64,000 nucleotides of DNA from Camelus ferus (taxonomy: Eukaryota), in the NCBI RefSeq assembly GCF_009834535.1, contig NC_045697.1, positions 53,136,001 through 53,200,000 of the forward strand, read 5' to 3'. A program made the position numbers and the translations under genes. The notes under the pieces are model-generated. The model was not told the origin of the DNA. It made no database searches and worked only from the letters and a program-made list of their open reading frames with translations. Below are positions 30,567-45,130 of the stretch, piece by piece (position 1 is the first letter of the stretch; the number at the start of each line of letters is the position of its first letter).

Positions 30567-33500
30567 CTATACCTGTTCACCTTCAGTAAAATCAGATACT
30601 CTGGATGTGGTAGTGTCTACTCTCCTGGGTGTAACTGTCTTAAAAATGGTAGGGGATATGTTTTTCCTGAAGAAATGATCACTGTTTTTTAAAGTGTTAT
30701 TAGTACCAGTTGTGAATGTCCTGTTCTCAACTACCAGTTTTGTGTCTGGAAAAAGGGAATAATCAATTATTTTATTCCCTAAGTTAAAGCCTTCAGAGAG
30801 AATTATGGTATCACCGTCACCATTTATAGTGCTTTTCCCCACAGATGTTTTGTCAGAAAAACTAGAAGAAAAACTTTTACTTGCATCAATTAGGAAATGA
30901 GCTGTGGGTCTGTTGGTATTGACATTGTCATTTGAATCTTTGATAGCAATGACAACAGTGTCAAAGTTCTTGTTTTCCTGTCTAGGGATCACAGCCTGGT
31001 AACTTTCTTTAGCTTTGAACTCTGGGGATGCCGCTTTAGACAGATGGTTTAAAGCAGCAACTGTGGTATATGGTGCATGAGACGCATGTGTCTCAGGGGC
31101 ATATATGAATGTACTTGTTTTTATAAGGGGATTTTTTGCTTTATCCTCGAATTCAAAGGCATGCTTATCTGGGACATACTCAGAACCACCATCATTAGGC
31201 ATAATTTTTATATAGTCCACGTATGCTGGAGTGATTTTGCCTGCAGCTAAAACGACCCTTTCTGAAATGTCTTCTGTTAAATAAATGATTTCATATTCAG
31301 CAGCTGAATTTCTGTCTATAAACTCTTTGTTCTTAAATATATTCCCTTTAAAAGTACTGGCTGTATCTTTTTCAGAGGTAATGGTATTAGGCAAAATGAT
31401 AACTTTATTAGGTGGAAAAATTATTTCATCAGGTGTAATGCTATAATCAGTCATTCTTGTGGTGTCTTCTCCCATAGTAAGAACAGGAACAAGTTCAGAA
31501 TATTTGGACGTTCCTAGGGATGTTGCAAAAGAAGCAGGAAAAGTTGACCCATATTGTAGGCCACCTAATTCAGCTGGAGTGTTTGTGATGGATCCTTCTG
31601 TGTTAGTAACTTTATCATGAGAGGCAGGCCTAGATGCTTCTGGAAGAGAAACGGCTAAAAAGATTTTTTTAAAATTAGGAGGTGTTTGAACTTTGAAGGA
31701 AGTAGTGTAGACGTTAACAAGGGAAGAATTATCCACATTGTTGTTGCTCTTGGAGATAGGATTGGGCTCAGTTGCTGATGAAAGGAGTTTCCCCACAGCT
31801 GGGATGAGAGCTGTTGCATTTATAAAGTGACTTAATTCAGATTCAGCAGCTGGATTTTCTTGATCAAAGAGATTAGCTATTTCCCTTCTCTCACGGACAC
31901 TGTTTTGAGAGTCTTTTAGGGCGGAAAAGGCTTTCATCATTGCCCTTTGAGACTTGGAAAATTTTTTGTCAGCCTTAGTTTTATAATTTTCAGGAATATC
32001 TCTATTCAGAGAGAAAAGTGAATCAATTTCACCGTCTGTGGACATATCTGAAAAAATAGGTGGTTCAGTTAGAAGACCATTCCAGGCCAATGGATAGGAA
32101 TGAATGTGAGCTGGCATTTCTATGCCCTGCCTCTCTGGAATATCCCCTTCATTAATGGCGTCAGCATATTCAGTTGCTCTCTCTAACATTTCTAACCTAG
32201 GTGTTACAGATTCAGACAAGGAGTTATCTGTCATTTGTCCAGAAGTTTCAGTATTTTCATTTAAGGAATTAGGAATAAACATGGCAGATGTTAGTAGAGA
32301 TGAGAATCTTCTAGACTTAACATTACCTTCTCCAGGTAACAGAGAATCACCTCCTCTGTAAGTACCTTCAGTGGAAAGAACAATGGAGTCTGCCACAGTG
32401 CTGGCTTCCTTATTCGTAGTTGAGGAATAGATTGAAGCTCTGTTGTTTGCTTCATCAGTATTTTTATTGATGAATGGGAGATCATCATCAGGAACGACAC
32501 TGAATTCAGCCAGAGAAATATTGTTCTGTGAATGGGGCATATCTGCCAAGTTTGATTTATGTTTATTTGCATCAAATCTGAATGATATGGTGGTTTTTGC
32601 TCCCTCCAATGCAGCACTATTATACAAAACAGATGAGACACCTTTTCTGTTGAACTGGTCTTTGTAGTCTACAGGATTGGTGATCACTGCAGGATCAATA
32701 GAATTAGTTGTGAATACTCTGCTCTCTCCTATTCTTGTCACTAGTTCTGGGTCTGGAACACACGGATACTCCATTATTTTGCCTTTAGGGAGAATGATGA
32801 TGGTGTTATCACTGATTGGAGGACTATTTTCTATAATTGTTTCATCTAGAAGCATAGGTGAAAAAGTCCAGCTTGAATCAGTTAGAGAATAAATCATGGA
32901 CCTGGGAGCCTTAGTATTAAAATTGGCAATAGAACTTTTGACAACAGTAGGATCATTATCAGAATTAGGAATTTCTTCTTTGGGGAACTTTTGGTGGTTT
33001 TTGTTAGCTTTGATATCAATCAGAGATCCTTGGGATAAATGTTCGGAGACTGCAGCGCTGGCATAGGGTTCATGAGACTCAGGTACATTGGAGTCATTGG
33101 TAAGTGTGGGCTTTCCTGTAAGGAGACCATTTCCTTCCTTCACTAGTTGAATGATATAGTTATCTGCAGCATATTCAAGGGCACTGTCAACAGGTATAAT
33201 AGTTACTATATCCTCATTATTTGGAATATTTTGAACTGCCAAAAGGGTGTCATGTGCCTCTTCTGAAATGCTTTCTGTAAAAGGAACTACTTCTATGGGT
33301 GTATCTTTCTCTATAAAAGTCTTTTCTTCAAATTTATTGTTATCAATTGTGTTTTTCATGCCTTTTGATGAAACAATTGTAGTTGGGGTAATGATGGCTT
33401 TGACAGATGGAGTATTTCTTTCTCCAGGTAAAGTATTAGTATTAGTCTTTGTTATGATGTCTTTTTTCATTTTGACAGCTGGATCAAGTTTGTAATACTT

Positions 33501-36500
33501 AGACGGACTCGTGAATGCTGTGAAATCAGAAGAAAGAGGGGTTGATTTCCATAATGGTAGACTATATGTTCCATTAGGAGTGTTTGTAATGGTTCCTTCT
33601 CCAGTAGTGACCTCAGGAGAAGAGCTTTGATCATTAGACCCAGATGCTTCTGGAAGTGTTAATATGGAACCAAATGAAGAGATTCCTTTTAAATTGGAGT
33701 GTGCTTGAAATTTAGTAGAAGTAGCAAGCATCAAATTTAACAGGGAAAGAACTCTCTTTCAATATATTTGCATCTTTTGGAAAAGAATTGCCTGCTTCAG
33801 AAATATTGACTTCCTCTTCCACATTGTTGTCATTCTTGGACAGAGTATTAGACTCATTTGCTAAGGAAAATGTTTTCTCCCCAGCTGGACTGAGAGCAGT
33901 TGCGTTTGTAATGTGACTTAAATTAAATTTAGTAGTTGGATCTTCTTGATCAGAAAAATTAGCTATTTTTTCTTCTCCATAGACTTTATATTGAGAAACT
34001 TTTATAGGAGAAAAGGCTTTCATGATTGTTCTGTGAGGTTCAAAATATATTTTATCTGTCTTAATTTTAGAAATGTCAGTAGTTTCTCTGCTTATCGAGG
34101 GCAGTGAATCAAACTCATTATTTGTGGGATTGTCTGCAAAAGTAATGGGACCAATGGGAGTTCTAGCTGAGATGGAGTAAGGCTTGAGATCAGTTTTATT
34201 TGTAATGGGATCATCACCATCCTTAGTAGTATTAAGGAATTCAATCATCGTCTCAAACATATTTGACCATGCAGTTGAAGAATTAGCCAAGGAGTTATCT
34301 GTCACTGGGTCAGAGTTTTCAAGATTTGCAGCTGAGGCAATGAACATGGGCTTTTCTGGGAGTTGTGGAGCTAGGAATCCTCTAAACCTAATATTACCTT
34401 CTGGAAGCATGGAATCACCTCTGTCATAACTACTCTCAGTGGAAAGAGTATTGGTATCACCCACCGTGTGGCCTGTGTTCATAGGTGAGGAAGGTATTGA
34501 AACTTTGTTGTTTAAATTTTCAGTGTCTTCACTGATAAAAGAAAGTTGACCATCAGGGATGCCACTGAAATCAGCCAGAGGGATAATGCTGTCCCATGAG
34601 TGTGGCATCTCTGCCATATTAGTTTTGCCTTTAACATTGTCCACTCTGGGTAATAAAATGTATACTGCTTTACCTTGAGCATCATTGTTATAAGTAGCAG
34701 ATGAAGTGATTTTACTGTAGAATTGATTCTTAGTTTTTAATGGAGAGGTGATCACCATGGGAGCAATGGGTTCATCTTGGAACATCCTTCCCTCAACCAT
34801 GGTTACTGTTGTTCCTACGTCTGGAACAAGGATATAGTCCATCCTTTTGTCTTCAGGAAAAATAATGATGGTGTTATCTTCCCCTAGAGTATCCCTTTTC
34901 AGAGTTGTTTTATCTAGAAACTTGTGAAAGTTCTCACTTGTGTGAGTTGGTGGGTAAGTCATGGATCTGGGAGCCTTAGAATTCAAATTGTCAGTGCAAC
35001 TTTTGAGAGCAGTAGCGTCAAGGTCAGAACTGATATATTCTTCTCTAGATATCAAATTTTGCAGCATTTCTTTAGTTTTGATTTCTGTTGGGGCGCCTTG
35101 AAATAAATGTTTATATGCATCACCACTGGAGTAGAATGGATGGGACCCAACTGTTTTGGGGCCATACATGAGAGCAGTTTTTTTAATAGTGGAATTGTTT
35201 TTCTCTTCCTGTGGTTGAAGGATGTATTCATTTGTAACATACTTAAGAGCTGTGTCATCATTCAAAATGTTTATTACATGTTTGTTATTTGGAATATTTT
35301 CACCATTTAAAGTAATGTCTGAAGTGTTTTCTGCAATAAGAACTATTTCATATTCAGTGTTTATATCTTTCCCAAAATTTCTTTGTCTAAATCTTTTATT
35401 AAAAATAGTGTTCAACATGTCTTTTGTTGAAATATTGGTACTAGGTGCAATGATGTTTTTGTGAGACAGATACTTTCTTTCCTCAAATGGAATATTATTA
35501 GTCTTTGTTGCAAGATCTTTTTTCATTTTGACAACTGGATCAGGTTCAGAATATTTAGATGAACTCACAGAATTTGTAGACCCAAAAGGAGAAAGAGTTG
35601 ATTTCCACAGCAGCTCAGAGGATCCAGTGAGAACATTATGAAGAAAACCTGTAGAACCTGTATCTTCACCGGGAAGAGCAGAGTTTTTAACCTTAGACTC
35701 TGAAGTCTTTTCTAGAGACATGGTTGAATCAGTCAAAAGTATTCTTTTTAAACTAGGAGGAGCTTGAGGTATAGCAGAAATATTAAATTTACCAACAAAA
35801 GAATTGTCTTTTAATGTCCTTGAATCTCCTGAAACAAAATTGCCTGCTTCAACAATGAGTTCCTCCTCCTTGTTATTATTGCTCTTGGAGAGAGAACTGA
35901 GCTCAGGGTTGAGGGAAGTGTTTTCTCCGAAGTTGGAATGAAAACTGTTGCATTTATAATATGACTTACATTGAATTTAGCATCGGTGTCTTCCTCAGCA
36001 GAGAGCTTGGCTGTTTTCCTTATTTCAGAAGGGAAAAGGCTTATTTGCCTAGGTGAAAGGACTTTCATTGTTGTATCCAGAGGTTGAACATCTGTTTTAA
36101 TTTTAGAATTGTTAACAATTTCTCTGTCCACAATGGATGGTGAATCAGCGTCATCATTTGTGGATTTCCTGGTAAAAATTATTGAATGAATAGAGGGAAT
36201 TATTGAGTCCAAGGAGTGGGGCTGAAGGTCTGTTTGAATTTTAATGTCCTGATTTTCTGAAATATCAGTTCCATGAATAAGATCAAGGTATTCAGTCATT
36301 GTCTCTGGTACTAATGATACTAACTTTGAGGAGTCAGTCAAGGAATTGTCACTCATTAGAACAGAATCCTAAGTTAAGACTTGGGGTGTGAGAATGATAT
36401 TTTCAGTCGTTAGTGGAAATGGGGATTCTCTAGCCCTAACATTTTCACTAGGTCGCATAGGATCACCCCATTCATAACTGTTCTCGGGAAAGAGTAATGG

Positions 36501-39500
36501 TATCAGCCATATTGTGAGTTGATTTCATAGGTAAAAAAGAAACTGAAGCCCTGTTTTCTTTATTCACAGAATCTTCATCAACCAAAGGAAGTTCGTTATC
36601 AAGGTTGACACTGAATGTAACTAAATGAGCAGTGGCATCCTGTGAATGGTAACTCTCTTCCTTGAAAGTTTTGTCTTGATTGTATTCCGACGTGGGTGAC
36701 ATAGTGGGTACCCTCTGGTCATAAAGAGTAGTGAATGAGCCGTATCTCCTGTAGAGCTGATCTTTGCTTATTATTGGATTTGTGCTGCTGGTGAGATCAG
36801 TGACTACATCTGGGAACATCCTGCTTTCTCCCACAGTTTGCACTGATTTTGGGCCTGGAGCATTAATATGCTCAACACTTTTGCCTTCTGGAAGATTGAT
36901 AATAATCCCATTTTCACTTAGGGTGCTGCTTGCTGGAGATAAATCATCTAGAAACTTGGGGAAATTTTTTCTGTTTCCATTGGTTAGGGAGTGAGTTGTG
37001 GCTCTAGGTAACTTACTTCTGAACTTGGTGGTATAATCTTTGAGAAAGGAACCAACATTATCAGAATCAGAGTTTCCTTTTCTGGAGATCAGTGTTTGGT
37101 GGTTTTCTTTAGTTTTGAGTTCTACAGGATTTTCATTCAGTAGACTTTCAGTGACAGGTGTGTGGAAGGGAACATGAGATGCAAATCTATGGAGCCTTTG
37201 AACAAAGGTAGGTGTTTTTGTTGTGGGGCTCTTTCCTTCTCCAACATAAAAGGAATTTTCCTCTGATGAATATTTAAGAGTACTGTTGTCAAGCTCAATG
37301 GTCATTAGATTCATATTATTTGGATTGTTTTCCTCTGCCAGTAAAACCACATCTGATTCTGCTGAAAAGTCTTTTTTAAGAGGAGTTACTTCATATGGAG
37401 TTACATTATCTTTTTCTGCAGAATCTATGTATCTTTTTCCATTTATAATGTTCCTTTTGTCATCAGTAAATATAATATTGTCAGATGAAATGATTTCTTT
37501 TTTAGGTAGAACAGTTACATCTTTAGATATTATAGTCTCATCGGTCATTTTTATGTTGCTCTCTCCAGTAATAAGCGCTGGATCAAGTTCAGAATTATTG
37601 ATTTTAATAACATTAGCAACAAAATCAGTAAGAAGAAGAGTTGGTTTCTGGGGTAGATGATATAACTTGCTGTAAGAGTTGGTGACAGACCTCTCTAAGT
37701 TACCATTATCAAGAGAAGATGAGCCCCTAGCCTTGGCCTTTGTCAGCTTTGTTGTGCTTATTGTGGAATCAGGATAAAATGTTTCCTTAAAAGTTCCAGG
37801 TACCTTCTGTTCAGCAGGAGTAACATCAATTTTAAGAATAAAAGGATTAATGTTTGCTGAATTTACCTCTCTTAAATTCACTGGAATTTTGGCTTCAGAA
37901 ATACAGGACTTATCTTCTACAATAGCCTTAGCTTTACTGAACAATTCATTAACCTCACTTCCTGAGATAGTGATTTCTTTTGCAGATGGACTGATAACTG
38001 CTTTATTTACATGATGACTCACAGCATAGTCAGAAGTTTTATTTATCTGCTCCTTTTCTGGGATTATGGGTTGAAGGGCTATGTTAGGTGAAAAGGCTAT
38101 GGTGTCAGCATTATCATTAATGGTCCCATTTTCAGTGGTAGGCATGTCAGTGAGTATATTTATAGAATTCTCTGAAAAAGTAATAGGATTTTCCAGAGGA
38201 ACAGAGGAGACCATGGAGAAGAGCTGAGGGTCACCTTGCACCTTGGTGATTTTCCAGTTTTGGTCCCTGATAGTAGAGTGTTCACCCCGCAGCTCTGATG
38301 CCTCTACTGTCACAGATTTATTTGATAAAGAATCGTCTTCACTAAGAACAACTGCAGTTCTAGGTCTTTTCTGATTGGGAATTAATAGAGATTTTAATTT
38401 TATGGACAGAACACCATCTGCCTCAGGCATGGTGGAGTCATCATTTTTATCGCTTTCCTTAGAGTCAAAGGCAGAGACGACATTAAGTGAAATGGTGGTG
38501 GCATTTGTTGTCTTTTTGGTGGTATTAATAGGACTAAGAGAAGCTACCGAGGCTGTTTTGATTATACCCTTAGTAACATCACCACCAGAAGAGATATTCT
38601 CAGGTTGGGAGGCAATATCATGAGCCAAGTGGTTAATGTAATCTTCTGAAGGTTCCACTTCAGCTAAGTCCATTTTATTTTCATTGACTTTTGAGTTTTT
38701 TGATGTGGTGGTGTCTGCCAATTCTGGAGCAGATGTGTTACCAACATTGGATGAAATGCCTTTTTTGTAGAAATGGCCTTGACTTTTTATGGATGTGGTG
38801 GTCACAGCATGATCAGTGGGGATGGTGCCAAATGTTCTGCTCTCTCCCATGGTAACAATTGTTTCTGTGTGTGGTAAAAAGAGACACTTGATTTTTTTAT
38901 TTCCCAAACCAGAATCTTCAGGGAGAATGACGATGTCATCATCTTCATATAGAGTGCCTTTTTCCGCAGATGATCTTTTTAGAAGCTCAGGGGGAACAGT
39001 CTCAGCTGTATCAGTTAAGGAGGGTGCCATGGTTTTCAGATGCTGAGTGTTGAAGATTTTGGAGTCATCTTTGAAAGAAGTGTCAACAATATTAGAGTCC
39101 ATATTTTCTTCTTTGAGAATGGTGTTTTGATATTTGTCTTTAGTTTCAAACTCAGGGTGAATTATTCTGTACAGAAGACTCTTTGAGGCCTCATCTTTAG
39201 AGGATGGTGTTTGAGATACAAATCCATTTGGTCCCCATGTAAATTGAATAGGTTTTTTAATAAGATGATTTTTTTCCTTCCATAGTTCAAAGGCATGCTT
39301 ACTTGAAGTATATTCAGAATCACTTTTATCAGGTTCGATGATGATCCACTCCATAACATTTAGATTATTTTCCTTTGCTGGAGTAGTTCCAGGCCAAAGA
39401 ATAAAGGAATCATCTCCCAACGTATTTGCATATCCCAGTGATAAAGGAATACCCGTTTCAGATATATGGTAATCATTTTCCACATTTATGTTTTTAGAGG

Positions 39501-42500
39501 AGACAGGAGTGGAGAAGGTCATAGGTATAATGAGGGTATAAGAATTGGTTACGCTACCTGTAGCAATTTGGTCTTTTTCTGTTCCTAGATCTGTTTGTTC
39601 ATTAGTATAGAATGCAAATTTTTTTCTGGAAATTCCTTTACCTAGTACGACAGTGTGGCCCAGAGCAGGATTTATCTTATCTTTCACTGGAATCATAAAA
39701 TTTGGTGTTGTAAAAGTAGATCTTCTTTCAGGGGAAAAGTTATATCCTTTTGGGACATTTTCTTCCATCATTGGATAAAGAATATCATCATCAAAGAATT
39801 CATCATTTTCAAAATGAGTATTACTGTTTCTCACAAACACTTTTCCTTGAAACTCAGAAGTAAATTTTCCAAGTAGAGGTTTTGAGACTTCAGTCGTATG
39901 GGTTGATGCAGGATTCTCAAATTCAAGTTGGTCAGCTGTGGTTTTGGTTGACCCTTTGAAACTGGTGGAGCTATATACATCAGAGTTAAGAGAATAATGT
40001 TTATCTGCCAAGCTGTTGCCTTTAGGAACATTATAATTTGCAGTAGGTATAACATAAACATGGTCTCTGACATTTTCTTCTTTAAGTATATCTTTGTCCT
40101 CTGCCGTAATGCCTATGTCTGCTTGGGGATCTGCTTTGTAGTTCAATGTTGTATCTTCCTTGAAAGAATTTTTAGATTCATATCTTGGGACATAAAACAT
40201 GGTGTCAGCACCTCCTTGAGCAGCAGTGGTGACGGTCAAAGCTGCTGGGATAGACTTATGAGAAGTTTTTGGTATTATAATATCTGCTGAAGAGATCTCT
40301 TTTACAAGGTTTGTTGCTTGAGGCTGATTGAGAGGAGCAACAGACTTCAAGGTAGAGGAATCAGCCATTAACAAAGTGCCGTCATCTCTAGACGCATTGA
40401 GATCTTCTCTGGAAATGGTTAGGTCATCTCCTAGTTTATTAGGTTTATTGTTAAAAGTATTAACTTCATTCATGGCAAGAATGCCTCTCTTTATTGGTGA
40501 GGTGGCAGCTATTGAAGCCAAATCTGTTGTAACTTTGGTGTTTTTATTCACATAGGAACTATCACCAGATACAGGAGTAATGCTAAGAGGGATATTCGTT
40601 GTTTGAGACCTAGCCATTTTACCTTTATTGGCCAGTCTCTTGGCATTGCTTGCACTGATGGCAGCAGGGGTCTGATGGCCATCTCTGTAATCAATAAAAT
40701 CTGCATTGTCCACTGTGGAGAGTGATGGTTTATGCTTTATGATGTTCTGAGCAACATTTGAGTTCTCTTTGGTGATAGTAAGTGGATTATCAGTGATTAC
40801 ATTATAGTATAAGTTATGGAGTATGGGATTATCCATTCTCCCAGTTTGGGGGATAGAACTGCTAGGTGGAAGGAATTCAGTGCCTTCTGCTCCTTCCACA
40901 TTCTGTTTCACAGCTACACTTTCACCCAAGCCATTAGCTATTGTTTTGGCGGCCAATGTCTGAAAATATATTTTGTCATTTTCAGGTTTAGTGACACCAT
41001 GTAGAACATCGTTTTCTTCCCCAGCAGTGGAGAGGTCAATGTCACTTATTGTTATTTCAGCAGTAGGTGCACTGCTAGTTAATTGGGAAAGAGACTTTGT
41101 GGCGTCAACAGACACAAATCCATTCCTTTTAAAGCCACTCTCTCCTGATTCAAAGTACTTGAAATTATGTGCAGGTGGAAGATGTTCTTTTATCTGCATC
41201 TTCCTGCAGACTTTACTTCTGAGGAGGGGGTTGATTCTTCTTCATTAGCCATTTCTTTGTCTATGAAACTTCCAAATCTTTTTCTTGGTGTAAGAATAAC
41301 AGCTGTCTTTGCAGGCAGTGGGGTAATGGCTACGGTGGGCCTTCCTTCTGGAATGGTGGCCTTATTAATCATCAGTTCAGAGCTGTCAGTCTTATTTGTG
41401 GTCCCCTTACCTGCATTGGCAGTGGCATTGTATTGATCGTTGGGAGAGGTGAAATCAGCTGTAAGAGAAGTAGACTCCAGTGGGATTTTCAAAGGATCTG
41501 ATACTTTATTGATTTTCCATTTTTGTATCATGGTATCATTGACATGAGGATTTTGAGCCACAGGATCTGATACCCAAACTTCAGTCAAGGAGTCACCTTT
41601 AATTAGCAGAGAGTTTTGAGCTTGATTATTTTGAGCACTGGGCATTAGGGTGGATGACTCTGCTACTGACAGACAAGTGTATCCTTTGTACATAAGAAAG
41701 TCTGTTTCAGGGTTGGGACCTGCAGCATCATCGGCATGCTTGTTGTTATGAGAAAGATTAATGATTTCATCTACAGAGTCAGTAGATTTATCTGAAAGAG
41801 TGATAGTGACCTTTGAATCTGAGGTCATGTCAGCTACACTGTCTTCACTAAAATCAACAGACCCAACAGTTCCAGGGTGAGTGACAGAAACTATAGGGAT
41901 GATATTACTCTGGAAATTGGCTGTTTTAAACACAGCAGCTCTTTCAACATCTGTTTTGGCTTTGGCATCATTTGTTGTAATTGTGGTGGGAGTTCTGTGG
42001 TCACCTCTGTTGTTAATGAGGTTTGTGCTGTCCATTGTAAAAGGCTTTGTTTTATCTTTGAATAGGGGATTGAACATATTGGCAATGTAAGAAGAGGGGA
42101 TGATTTTGCTTCCTGCTGCTTGGATATAATTTGCATCAGGGTTAAGAGAGTAACCTTTCCTTCTAATTTCTGTTGTGGGAGTATCTGGATGAATGAAGAT
42201 GACTTCCTCTACAACTCCATCGTCTTGATCCATGTTCACAGTTTCTTGGACCACAGGACTGAAATTCTCAATTTGATCAGTATTCGCAAAATTAAAATAG
42301 TTTCTAACAGTTTTAAGGTGTACATTGGCAGGAATATTAGAATGGTACTTAATTACTGAACCATTTAATTTGGATCCAGGTGTTTTAGCAATATTGTTAT
42401 TATTATGTGTTGTGATGTTTTCCATTTGAACAGTGTGTTTGCCCTCTATTATTGTACCTTCCTTTAAAGGCCAAGTTATTTTAAAGTTCGTGTTGGTGTT

Positions 42501-43834
42501 AGTCATTGGCTTTATGGAGTTAGGGTTAGCATAATGCTTTGTAGAAGTGATGTCATTTGTTTTGGAAATAATTATGTCCCCCACATGCATAGTATTTTTA
42601 GGTACATCTAATATTATTTTGATATCATTGGAATTACTAATAACATTATTGATTTTCTTATATATTCTATAATTAGGAAAAGACTTTGTAGTATTAATGG
42701 GTTTGATATTGGAAATAGCTTCATCAGTGTCAGTGCCAGTCATGATAGATTTGGTATTGGCTTTGTTGTAAGTACTCGGAATAGGAATAGATTCAAAGTC
42801 ATTGATACTATTTGCAGATAAAATGCTAGATGTTTGAACATCAACTATAGTTCTACCATGATCCTTCATGTTTGTGGCATCAATTACAATAGAATTGTCT
42901 TTCTGTGAAATTTCAGGAGCATTGCTCACAGTTTTGCCAAATCTTCCTAGGTATTTAGTATCGATTATAATTATGTTTTTGTCCTCCATGTCAGGAACAT
43001 CAAGCAGAGTTGTGTAGTCTTCTAGAATGTCTGTGGCATCAATTTTTGCTGTATTGCCTTCCTTCATAAGGGATGTGGTACCAATAAAGGGTGTACTGTC
43101 TGGTCCTGCTTCTTCCATGTGAAAGTTGTTTGCATTTGACATGACAATGGTACCCTCATCTGCAGAGGCACTGAACTTATTCTCAGCATTTTGGATGTAC
43201 GTGGCAAGATTAGGGGCAAACTTGTTTAGATCTTCCAGTGAATGGGAAGAAAGGTTCAAGACCCTGAATTGTTTTGGAGTCTGTCTGAAAGTAGGAAGTA
43301 ACAGTGGAATCAGGTTTAAACTAATGGGTAGTCATGGATACAGGTGCTGAGATGCTGTTTTCCCCAGAAACAGTCATCCTGCTCTGTGTTATTCTGGAGT
43401 TGGGTGAAAATCTGGAAATTGTGATACTGACCACAGAAGCATCCTGCATAGCAGTGTATGAAGGTGACACATTGCTGTTTGGAGCCTCTGCTGGAATAGA
43501 GTTGTCTACTGTGTCCTCAGTATAAGCAAAGCTAGCTGAAGTCTGGTTGGTTGGTTGAAGAGTTACTTGGTGCATCACCCCCAAATGGGGAAAGGTTATA
43601 TATCCTAGCTTGAAGCGTCTCTGAGTGGTTTCTCTTCGAAAGAGATCCAGAAAGCTTTGTTCCTCTGTCAGTAGACTCAGAGTAGCTCTTTGAATTGTCT
43701 GTAGGTGCAGAATTTTCTTTTGTTCTTAGAAGGGATGAGAATTGACTTGCTGAGTGGCTGACTGGTGAGGACAAAGGCAGATTGGCAGACAAATGTTGAT
43801 TTGTCTGATTGTTTATTTCCTGACTCCCATTATA
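30567..43834 (-). pseudogene. Gene B giant exon 3, lightly disrupted part: secreted S/T/D/E/N-rich low-complexity protein
   Basis: Acceptor acttctttccctttag|TAT AAT GGG AGT CAG GAA (YNGSQE) is in frame with exon 2 and with ORF 43532-43792. Consecutive ORFs of 86, 87, 689, 1575, 181, 674 and 1055 aa are joined by small indels or stops with no intervening introns. Confidence 0.85.
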
Positions 43835-44378
43835 CTAAAGGGAAAGAAGTACAATATTTTTTGTGAGGTTCACCTTGTAGATTATGTTTTACTAAAAACC
43901 TGAAATCACTTGTCACATCGTTAAATTGATCAAATAAAGCATCATTCTGAAGGTCTCTGCTTTCTCTTTATCCATTGGTTGTTAAGTCAATCAAGTTAGA
44001 AATACACAATATCAATGTGAAAAGGAACAGTTAATATGTTAGGGTTATGTACCTTCTGTAAATATAAATCCAGGTGTCTGATAGCAAACTTTCAGTAAGG
44101 AATCTCTTATAGTATAAAAAAGCATGAAGAAGCCCCTTCAAATCTTATGCTATCATGCATTATAACTTCTGTTATCTTTACTTCATATGTATATGATTAA
44201 TTTTAAAAGAAGGAAATTTATAAATAGAAAATAGAATATTAAAAATACAATGATGTTTTGTTTAGCAAAATGTTATTTCTTGCATTAAACATAAGCTGAA
44301 GCTCTAAATACATTTTTTTTCCTCCATATAATTTTTCAGTTCCATAAATATACTGTTATTCAAAATACTGAGACTCAC

Positions 44379-44432
44379 CGGGCAGTAAGCCACAAAATTC
44401 AAGATGGTCAGTGTCAGGACTAGGGTCTTCAT
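44379..44432 (-). CDS. Gene B exon 2 coding part: signal peptide MKTLVLTLTILNFVAYCP (exon 44454-44379)
   Basis: Acceptor cttgcatcttag|, context ACAAAATGA, exactly 18 codons, phase-0 donor CCG|gtgagt; typical SCPP/MUC7/SMR3 exon 2. Confidence 0.85.
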
Positions 44433-45009
44433 TTTGTCTTGTTCTTCCAGGCGACTAAGATGCAAGATTGTCCCATGTTACATTAACTCATTGACAATTT
44501 AAATGACAATTTAAAAAATCAGGAATCTTTATTGTACTTTAATAGTTGACCTTAACTTACATGCTCACTTGATTAAAAAGACAAAGACAGCACTTAAGAA
44601 ATTCTAGTGCATTATTAGAAGTGATAATAAGTGGATTAGGCTACTCTGTTTGCTGCAGTCAATCTCATTTTTACCAGTTAACGAGAATAGGAAGAGTTTT
44701 AACTATTCTTTAAAGCTTAGAGACAATCAAGGAGTAAACAATCTAACTAGCAGATACATTTGGACAGAGTACTTCAGTGAGGCCTCCATCGTAAAAATTC
44801 ATTCTTATTCTCATGTTAATAATAGGTACGTAATCTATTTGTTGCATTTTTGAGGACTATTTAGACAAAAGTTAATTTACTGAATGTGTATTTAGCCAGA
44901 GTTTAAATATACATATCTAAGTAGATTCCTCATGCCAATGGGTTATCAGAAAGAGTAGGTATTTGAAGAAAGAATGGCTCTGAACCGTCTAATTTATTCA
45001 ATCATTTAC

Positions 45010-45130
45010 CTTGCAAATGAAGCTTTCCTTTAAGCCACCTTCAAGCTACAACTCTTGACCAAATCAGCCTGGTTCAGCAATGCACGAAGATAAAATCCAT
45101 GATGAGAAGGTTTGAATCTAGGAAAGAAAC
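45010..45130 (-). other. Candidate non-coding exon 1 of gene B
   Basis: Donor CAAG|gtaaat at 45010; TATA-like AAATAAAGG at ~45151-45159. Confidence 0.45.

Noticed and set aside
30567..43259. Treating the 689, 1575, 674 and 1055 aa ORFs as separate genes or as intron-separated exons
   Set aside because: They abut or overlap, and repeat homology continues across the junctions, so they are one disrupted exon
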